A model generated the notes under the pieces. It saw only the letters and a program-made list of their open reading frames with translations, had not been told where the DNA came from and made no database searches. From contig CAZERA010000004.1 of NCBI GenBank assembly GCA_964514565.1, positions 40,793-104,792 of the forward strand: a stretch of DNA of 64,000 nt, in the 5' to 3' direction. How positions within the stretch are numbered: the first letter of the stretch is position 1; each line of letters begins with the position of its first letter. The translations under genes and the position numbers were made by a program. The DNA is from an uncultured Candidatus Peribacteria bacterium. GTDB lineage: Bacteria > Patescibacteriota > Gracilibacteria > RBG-16-42-10. This document shows, piece after piece, positions 57,261 through 64,000 of the stretch.

Positions 57261-57303
57261 GTAGCGGCAATTCCCTCCACGAATGTGGAGAAAAAGCCGC
57301 TAC
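57261..57303. repeat. Nested hairpin between convergent genes (REP-like or terminator)
   Basis: GTAGCGGC ... CTCCAC gaat GTGGAG ... GCCGCTAC. Confidence 0.55.
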
Positions 57304-57322
57304 GCTTCTTACCTTTTATCTC

Positions 57323-60300
57323 TTACTTCTTACCTTCTCTGTAGTAAAACCCCATCCCAATAATATACAATGGGAAAAGTGGGAAAAATAAGATCTTGTG
57401 CCACCAAGGTAATAATTGAAAGCTGCGTGACAACCAACGGAAGAAGATGAATAAAATTGGAGTAGTAATCAGTGAAGTGAAGCCAGATGTGATCAAACCA
57501 AAAATAATTACCAAGGAAATAGAACGATAAAATTCACTTAGCAATGCCAATGGCGCTAAAGAAGCAATGGCTGTGAGTTTAGTGAGAATTACCGGACGGA
57601 AGCGAATGCCGGAGGCAAAACTGATTGCCCGTTTTTCTTCCCAGCCATCATTGTTGATTTTTTGGCGTGCTGCATCAATCAAAAATATCGCTACATTTTC
57701 CACGATACCAACTAAAATAATTAACCCAATGATTTCCAAGAAACCAAATTCGCCAGTGCTAAAGGTAGCTAGAGCAGGAAAGACACCAATAAATGTCAGT
57801 GGCACAGTAAACAAAATTACCAATGGTTGCCCAAGTGAACCAAAGAATACTGCCAGTACAAAGTAACTGAGTACAATTGCTAGTAGCAATGCTAGCAATA
57901 GCTCTTGGAATGATTTAGCAAAGCCAGCACTGCTACCTTCACTATATTGTTCAATGCTATTGTCACTCAGTCCTAGTTTTTCACTTTCAGCGAAGTTATT
58001 ATCATTGTAATACTTCGTTATAGCTTGAGTGATCTGAGCTGAAACACTTTCATTGTCATCTTGCTCACGGATTCTTCCTTGCACCACACCGACAATCTGA
58101 CCTTTGACCCCTTGGATAGTATCTTTTGGTAGGTTTGGTACTAGGGCTGCAATAGCACTAATATTATATGGATCTCCTACACTGTTTTTGACGATAGCCA
58201 TGCTCAGATCCTGAGCCTGAGCAGGGTCAAGTGTTTGTTTGTCTAGGAATACCTCAGTATCTTTGCCTGCCACTTTGATCGAACCTACTTTTTTCTCGTC
58301 TGCTACATTGAAAAGACGTTTTACTTGTTGATTGAGTAGTCCAGTCAGTGGGCCACTAGGGGCCACAAACTGATTGTTATAAAGATCACTACGATCGATG
58401 GTGATATCTAATGCTTTGTTTTCTTTACCATTGTAGCCGTCATCTACTCGAGAGATGAGTTTGTTGGCATCTGCACATTGGAGATTTACTGTGATCTTGT
58501 CGTTTTCTTTACACACCATAGCCAAGGTCGTACCCACTGATTTTGCTGCTTTTTCTAAGACAGTCAGATCATCTGTTTTTACAGCAAGTGAAACTTTAAA
58601 TGCGGTTGCTGGTGGTGCATTGCCTCGTACACTTATTTGAAAGTCAAAAAAGTAAGGTCCAAATTTGTTGATGATTTCGGTTTGTAGTTTTTTCGCGATA
58701 TCAACTGAAATAGTACCAGGGCGTTCTTCAGCAGGTAGCAGCTCTACCTGGAGGTTCAAGCCTTTGCCTAAAGGAAATATTTGTTTAACCTCGGGATCAC
58801 TAGCTACAATTTCGCTGATTTGTCTTCGGATGGCTTGGGTCTCTGTGCTGTTTTTAGTAGGTAAAAAAGTACCGATTACTGATAAATACTTGCTGTTTTG
58901 ACTGCTGGCAAATTGCACAAATTTAATTTTGCCACTACTGATCAAAGATCCAGTAATCATGAATGGCGTGACCAAAGCAACCACAATAATCAAAAGCCTG
59001 ACCCATACTTTGCTATGCAAAATACGGTAGTTGAGCTTGATCAGTTGTTGGGCAATCCCCCATAAGTTTTTCTCTTCATCATGACCTTTACCTTTCGTAG
59101 GACGTAAGAAACTACTACCAATCCAAGCTAAGATTACTAATGGTACGATATAAGACCCAATAGTTGATGGAATAATTGTGAGTGGAATATAGCCGAAGAT
59201 TTGGCCTAGTACTCCTGAAATAATACCAAATGGTGCGAATACAATAATATTTGTTAGAGCCGCTAAAAATAAGCCACCACCCACATCTTTGACTGCCAGC
59301 AATGCTGCATCTTTGCCTCGATGTCCCAGATCTATTTGTCTTTGAATACTTTCCAAGATTACCAAGGCAGGATCTACTACTAGACCCAATACCAGTACTA
59401 GAGAAAACAATACCAAAGTATTGAGACTCTCTCCGATGAAGAAGACATAGATCAGGGAGAATAGCAGACTGAGTGGAATCGCTAAGGCTGATACGATAGC
59501 TGCTCGCCATGATACAAAGATCAACATGGCCAAGAATACTAATTGGATACCACCAAGTAGCCAACCCAGATCGGCGAATGGGCTTTTGGTTTTTAATTTG
59601 CTACCAATCAATCCACCGACCACCTCATCTACTTGTTCTTTGGTGCTATCATTGGCAGATAGATTGTTGATAAGGAATACAGGCTTACTAGTATCTAATG
59701 TCCCAGCATGATCAAGTACAGCAATATCTGGTAAATTGGCTATCTTGCTCAACATCGTTTGAGCATACGCATTTTTATCTGCTCCATCGGCAGTACGAAT
59801 AGTGACTACCAAAGCTGGAAGTACTTGTTCCGTGCCTTTAGTATGGATACCTACATAACTAATAGTATTGTTTTCAAAGTAATAGTCTAGCTTTACTTCT
59901 GCCAAATCACTCAAAGGGATACTGCTACTGGTTGTCCCTTTGGCAGGATTGGCGCTGGTATAGATTTTGAGCTGTTGGAGGCTATTCAAATCATCACCTG
60001 CAAGTTTAGTAGAAATAGTCTGGCTCTCACCGTCCAATGTTGTATTACTGATTACTGGTAGGGTCTCACCGACACTACTGATTTGTCTTTGAACTTCATC
60101 TACCGTCAGGCCAGCGTTGCTGATGGCATCGAGATTTAAGTTGATCAATACGCGTTGTTTGAGATCAGCTAGTGGTGCAATACTACTGGTCTCGGCAATT
60201 TCGTTGAGACTGTTTCTAAATTTATCCCAGTTTTGGTAAAGTTTTTGTTTGTTGTTTGAGGCAAGTGAAAGAATAAAATCTGGGCTGCCAATAGTAGGCA

Positions 60301-60706
60301 CTGTGATTGAAGGTTCTTCTGCCGAGGTCGGTAGTTTTATGCTACGAACTGCTGAACTGATTTTGCTTTGCACTGTGTCGGCATTAGCATTGCTAGCGAT
60401 GGTGACGCTTACTACTGAGGTAGAGTTGCGGCTCACTGAAGTATAGGTCTCTATGCCACTGACACTTTTTAGTGCTCCTTCTATTGGTTTGGTGACATCA
60501 CGTGAGATCACCTCGGATGATGCACCAGGATAAATAGTAGTGACTATAGCTATATTTACTTTCGGACTAGGAAACCCAGTAGTTTTGAGACCAAATAGCG
60601 CAACAAAACTAATCATCAGAAAGAGCAAAACACATAAAATCGTGAACCGTGAGTTGTTAAGAAAAAACTCAGTAATGCGGTAATTAAAATCTTTTTTGGT
60701 TTCCAT
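57323..60706 (-). CDS. RND-family (AcrB-like) transporter
   Basis: YPGASSE.I..DVTKPIE, AIPLS, GLVVDPALVILESI, GIVENVAI, R.RP.I.T; two TM bundles separated by large extracytoplasmic loops. Confidence 0.92.
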   Translation of the reverse strand: METKKDFNYRITEFFLNNSRFTILCVLLFLMISFVALFGLKTTGFPSPKVNIAIVTTIYPGASSEVISRDVTKPIEGALKSVSGIETYTSVSRNSTSVVSVTIASNANADTVQSKISSAVRSIKLPTSAEEPSITVPTIGSPDFILSLASNNKQKLYQNWDKFRNSLNEIAETSSIAPLADLKQRVLINLNLDAISNAGLTVDEVQRQISSVGETLPVISNTTLDGESQTISTKLAGDDLNSLQQLKIYTSANPAKGTTSSSIPLSDLAEVKLDYYFENNTISYVGIHTKGTEQVLPALVVTIRTADGADKNAYAQTMLSKIANLPDIAVLDHAGTLDTSKPVFLINNLSANDSTKEQVDEVVGGLIGSKLKTKSPFADLGWLLGGIQLVFLAMLIFVSWRAAIVSALAIPLSLLFSLIYVFFIGESLNTLVLFSLVLVLGLVVDPALVILESIQRQIDLGHRGKDAALLAVKDVGGGLFLAALTNIIVFAPFGIISGVLGQIFGYIPLTIIPSTIGSYIVPLVILAWIGSSFLRPTKGKGHDEEKNLWGIAQQLIKLNYRILHSKVWVRLLIIVVALVTPFMITGSLISSGKIKFVQFASSQNSKYLSVIGTFLPTKNSTETQAIRRQISEIVASDPEVKQIFPLGKGLNLQVELLPAEERPGTISVDIAKKLQTEIINKFGPYFFDFQISVRGNAPPATAFKVSLAVKTDDLTVLEKAAKSVGTTLAMVCKENDKITVNLQCADANKLISRVDDGYNGKENKALDITIDRSDLYNNQFVAPSGPLTGLLNQQVKRLFNVADEKKVGSIKVAGKDTEVFLDKQTLDPAQAQDLSMAIVKNSVGDPYNISAIAALVPNLPKDTIQGVKGQIVGVVQGRIREQDDNESVSAQITQAITKYYNDNNFAESEKLGLSDNSIEQYSEGSSAGFAKSFQELLLALLLAIVLSYFVLAVFFGSLGQPLVILFTVPLTFIGVFPALATFSTGEFGFLEIIGLIILVGIVENVAIFLIDAARQKINNDGWEEKRAISFASGIRFRPVILTKLTAIASLAPLALLSEFYRSISLVIIFGLITSGFTSLITTPILFIFFRWLSRSFQLLPWWHKILFFPLFPLYIIGMGFYYREGKK

Positions 60707-60710
60707 AAGC

Positions 60711-62630
60711 TTAGTTGCTGATTGTTACCATTTGCCCTTCTTGAAGAGATGCAGTGGGATTGATTACTACATTCTTCCAGTCTAATTGGTCTAAAATGCT
60801 TACCTGATCATTTTGACTAGGTCCTAGTTTTACTACTTGTTTGCTTAGCTTGCCTTGTTTGTAGATCCAGACAAATGTTTGACCATTGTCGATCACAATC
60901 GCACTGACTGGCACAAAGTTGTTGTGATCTGTAGGGGTTACCGTGGTGGTTTTAGTGGTGGTAGTTCTTGCCTGTACGTTGCTACCTGGTACGAAGCCAA
61001 TTGGTAGTGTTTGGTCAGCTTCAAATGAACAATCTACAGGAATAGTACCTGTGGCATCACTAATAACAGCTATCTTGTCGATTGTGGCAGCAATCTCAGT
61101 TGTGTCGTTATTTAAGCTAATCATCAGCTTGTCACCTACTTTGATTTGTTCACGATCACTAGGGTTGATGCTTAAACGGATAAATTCAGGCTGGCTACCA
61201 TAAATGGTCAGTAGTTCTCTTCCCACAGTCACATCTTCATTTACATTGACGGGGACATCTACAACATAACCATCCATACTTGCTAAAATATTGAGTTGGC
61301 TGAGCTGGATCTTTGCTTGTTCTAATTGTTTATTAGCGATGGCAAGTTGCCCCTCCAAGCTATCTTTTTGGCTCTTTGCTGCTGCTTTTGCCGCTTCAAT
61401 GCCCAAGCTCGCGGAAAGTTTTTGTTGCTCAATACTTTGTAATTGGCTATTGATACCTTGTTCTTGAAGTGCTGCGGCATTTTGCGCTTGCGCAATCGAC
61501 ATTTCTAATACTTGTTGTTGATCCTGGCTGGCCTTGATTTGATTGTCTGGAGTGGAGAGCTGAATGTCTTTGTTGGTTGGGCCATTCTGAATTTGATTGC
61601 GGGTGGTTGATAGCTGGGTAATAGATACGGCTACTGAGCTATTGATTGTGCCACTGAGCTGTTTCCATGCATCTACCAATGGTTTTGCTGCTGCTGCGTC
61701 TACTTTGGTTACATCAACACTGATGTTTTCAATACTATCCATCAAGTCATACAGGATACCAGTAATATCGTTGATGTCACTGGGAATATGATTGTCTGAG
61801 ACATCTTTGAATTCATCGAGATTATCGATAATATCTTTGATATCACTAAGGTCAGTTCTGATGGAGGTATTAGTACTAGTGCTTTTGATGCCTTCAAGCA
61901 GTGGAACTACTGTTCCTTGTAAGCTCACTAAGAGTGATCTAGCAGTGTTTTGAATCGACAACTGCGCTAATTGTTGAGCTTGGTCGAGTGTGATATCAGC
62001 CAGGTTGCCAGATAAGTCTCGCACACTTTGCGTGCGGGTAATTGTATTTTGTAAATTATTCAAAGCTAAGTTGGCACCTTGGACTGCGTAGTTTCCTGCA
62101 TTTCTCGTGAGTTCTAAGCTTTTTTGTAATTGGGTACCTGAAGCGGCTAAGGTATTGCGTTGTTGTTCAGCTTGGCGGATCGCAATATTGGTAGAGGTGG
62201 TGGCATTTTGTAAGCTAGTCTCTACATTATTTTTGCTTAGTGCTGCCTGTTCGAAAGCGATTTCTAGTGCGTGTTTACCGTCTTTACTGCCGCCCAACGT
62301 CATCAGTGGATCACCTTTTTTTACTGTCTGACCACGGTTTACAAGTATTTCTTTTACAGTAGCAGAGGTTGTGGCACTGATTTTGATGTTGCCTTCAGAT
62401 ACTATTTTCCCGCGCAAATTGAGTTGAATTGGTTTGGTGGAAGTAGCACTATCTTCTGTTGCTTTCAATAATTTTACACTAGGGGGAGTCGTACTACTGC
62501 CACTAGCAGTAGTTTGGTCTCGTATTGTGCTCACGGGTGTTTGAGAAGAAGCAAAATTGGGCACAATTATGATGCCTCCGACAATAATCATGGCAATCAG
62601 AACACCGATAGCGAGAGTCATTTTTTTCAT
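60711..62630 (-). CDS. Membrane fusion (adaptor) protein with a very long coiled coil
   Basis: N-terminal TM; lipoyl halves V.EILV.RGQTVKKGDPL and I.A.MDG.V; about 350-aa Q/A/L-rich helical middle; VPVSAIV. Start MKKM at 62630 preferred. Confidence 0.88.
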   Translation of the reverse strand: MKKMTLAIGVLIAMIIVGGIIIVPNFASSQTPVSTIRDQTTASGSSTTPPSVKLLKATEDSATSTKPIQLNLRGKIVSEGNIKISATTSATVKEILVNRGQTVKKGDPLMTLGGSKDGKHALEIAFEQAALSKNNVETSLQNATTSTNIAIRQAEQQRNTLAASGTQLQKSLELTRNAGNYAVQGANLALNNLQNTITRTQSVRDLSGNLADITLDQAQQLAQLSIQNTARSLLVSLQGTVVPLLEGIKSTSTNTSIRTDLSDIKDIIDNLDEFKDVSDNHIPSDINDITGILYDLMDSIENISVDVTKVDAAAAKPLVDAWKQLSGTINSSVAVSITQLSTTRNQIQNGPTNKDIQLSTPDNQIKASQDQQQVLEMSIAQAQNAAALQEQGINSQLQSIEQQKLSASLGIEAAKAAAKSQKDSLEGQLAIANKQLEQAKIQLSQLNILASMDGYVVDVPVNVNEDVTVGRELLTIYGSQPEFIRLSINPSDREQIKVGDKLMISLNNDTTEIAATIDKIAVISDATGTIPVDCSFEADQTLPIGFVPGSNVQARTTTTKTTTVTPTDHNNFVPVSAIVIDNGQTFVWIYKQGKLSKQVVKLGPSQNDQVSILDQLDWKNVVINPTASLQEGQMVTISN

Positions 62631-62724
62631 AGTACGATAGATCAAGAGATTAGATTCGGAGCGGGATTGGACGTTTTTGGTTTTAATGTTTAAATATACG
62701 CTCACTACCTTAAAAGTCAATATG

Positions 62725-62747
62725 TTAAGTATCTTAATTATACTTAA
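62725..62747 (-). promoter_or_regulatory. Inverted repeat (candidate operator) overlapping a -10 box upstream of the MFP-RND operon
   Basis: TTAAGTAT-N7-ATACTTAA; minus-strand TATAAT at 62742-62737. Confidence 0.5.
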
Positions 62748-62782
62748 ATGAAGCTGAATTTGAAGCGCTAGTATAATTACTG

Positions 62783-63148
62783 CTAAATCTTTTGTTCAAT
62801 GAGAAATTCGTTGCCATCCAAATCACTAAAGATCGCTTCTTGCCATCCCCATGGTTTATTTTCTGGTTGATGAACGATTGTCGCTCCGTTATTGATAGCT
62901 AAAACCAAGAAAGATGCTAGATCATCAGTCTCAAAAGAAATGCTTTTTCTACCACCAATATACAGTTTGTTCCAATTAGCAGCACGAGTTGGTGCATCTT
63001 CTTCCAGGTTGAATTCCAAACTACCAAGCACAAAAGAAGCAAATGGCGGTCTGAATTCATCAAATGTGATGCCAAATACGTTCTGATAAAAAGGTTTAGC
63101 TCTTTCCAATGACACTACTCCAATCAGTACTGAGGATACTTTCAACAT
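62783..63148 (-). CDS. VOC/glyoxalase-family protein
   Basis: V.SLERAK.FY..VFG, ISFETDD, GATIV..P...PWG...A.F.DLDGN. Confidence 0.9.
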   Translation of the reverse strand: MLKVSSVLIGVVSLERAKPFYQNVFGITFDEFRPPFASFVLGSLEFNLEEDAPTRAANWNKLYIGGRKSISFETDDLASFLVLAINNGATIVHQPENKPWGWQEAIFSDLDGNEFLIEQKI

Positions 63149-63271
63149 GTGTTATTTAAATGAAGATATTTTCAATATATCTGAAAGTTTCATATCTAGT
63201 AAACTAACTAATCTAGTAAATTTCTAACTTGGTTCCAATATTGCTATTGTTATTTTGCTTAATCTTTTTGT

Positions 63272-63829
63272 ATGTTTGAGGTAGAAGTAAAGGCGCGAAT
63301 TCATAGTTCTTATCAAGATCTATTGGTGCGACTAGAGAAACTAGGAGCTGATCAAGAAAAAGCAGTCCACCAAGTTGATACCTTGTATTTATCCCGTGGC
63401 CTTACTTACGGAGACATTGTTTGGGGTATGCCAGTGATTAGGATGCGTGATCAAGATGGTACGATATTTTTTTGTGTTAAACAAAAGCCAGCTAGCGAAT
63501 CAATTGCTATAGAGCATGAGACCGTGGTACAGAATGGTACTGAGCTTAGTAAAATTCTTGAAACACTTAACTTTGCTCCTGTTTTAGTAGTTAAGAAAAA
63601 ACGCCAGGTTTATCGGCTCGGTCAGTTGAGTATTTGCGCTGATGAAGTGGAGAAGTTGGGTGTGTTTATTGAGGTTGAGCAGCTGATCACTGACGAATCA
63701 CAAACAACCCAAGTGTTGGCAAATTTGTGGCAATTTCTACAACAATTAGGTGTAAGTGACGCTGATAGAGTGACAAAAGGATACGATAGCCTCATCTACA
63801 AACTTCAGCAGGAACAAAGCAAACTATAA
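63272..63829 (+). CDS. CYTH-domain protein (class IV adenylate cyclase CyaB-like)
   Basis: EVEVK, QVDTLY, IRMR, EHET, V.KKR, DEVEKLG.FIEVE, GY. Confidence 0.9.
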   Translation: MFEVEVKARIHSSYQDLLVRLEKLGADQEKAVHQVDTLYLSRGLTYGDIVWGMPVIRMRDQDGTIFFCVKQKPASESIAIEHETVVQNGTELSKILETLNFAPVLVVKKKRQVYRLGQLSICADEVEKLGVFIEVEQLITDESQTTQVLANLWQFLQQLGVSDADRVTKGYDSLIYKLQQEQSKL

Positions 63830-63837
63830 CAACGGAC

Positions 63838-64000
63838 CTATTTGCCGTTCTTAGCATCCTGTCCTTTGTTGCCAGATGGTCTGCGTCCGATTTTTCTAGC
63901 TTGCTTGTGTGCATTGAGTTTTACTTGCTCATCTCGATTGCCCTGAGCAGCTTGACTAGCATGATTGCTTTTATTGATCTCCGTTTTTGAATCTTTTTGA
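63838..64000 (-). CDS. 3' end of a hypothetical protein starting outside the window
   Basis: Open frame QKDSKTEINKSNHASQAAQGNRDEQVKLNAHKQARKIGRRPSGNKGQDAKNGK* ending 8 bp from the CYTH gene stop. Confidence 0.5.
   Translation of the reverse strand, partial: QKDSKTEINKSNHASQAAQGNRDEQVKLNAHKQARKIGRRPSGNKGQDAKNGK

Noticed and set aside
63194..63228. ATCTAGTAAA direct repeat between the VOC and CYTH genes
   Set aside because: Only two copies in very AT-rich DNA; cannot be distinguished from chance

Overview
Gene-dense chromosomal window (GC roughly 40%, estimated by eye) from a reduced-genome bacterium, most likely Patescibacteria/CPR (Gracilibacteria-Peregrinibacteria-Abawacabacteria-like). 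That placement is inferred from the SLH surface proteins, homodimeric-type GlyRS, C-terminally truncated AlaRS, type-2 IleRS with an inserted domain, near absence of Shine-Dalgarno sites and lack of biosynthetic genes. Genetic code 11 fits: TGA is used as a stop and RF2 is present. The housekeeping backbone is greA, rpmA, murJ, ftsH, tilS, prfB (with +1 frameshift), uvrA/B/C, ileS, alaS, pepP, recO, gyrB, glyQS, rplY, tRNA-Arg(UCG) and tRNA-Gln(UUG). Interspersed are surface proteins, ABC and RND transporters and an interrupted RAYT-type transposase. No rRNA, CRISPR array or prophage was seen. Best novelty candidates: (1) a two-gene operon encoding a secreted protein that looks like an 8-stranded outer-membrane beta-barrel plus a 10-PKD Cys-stapled adhesin, in a lineage thought to lack an outer membrane; (2) a full-length HisRS paralog that has lost its catalytic motifs; (3) a tandem pair of ParB/Srx-fold paralogs; (4) a tandem kinase/pseudokinase pair; (5) an IleRS with a GVHH signature and a degenerate histidine-phosphatase insertion; (6) two families of dispersed 7-bp-period intergenic repeats. 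All family assignments come from motif recognition by eye; no database searches were run.
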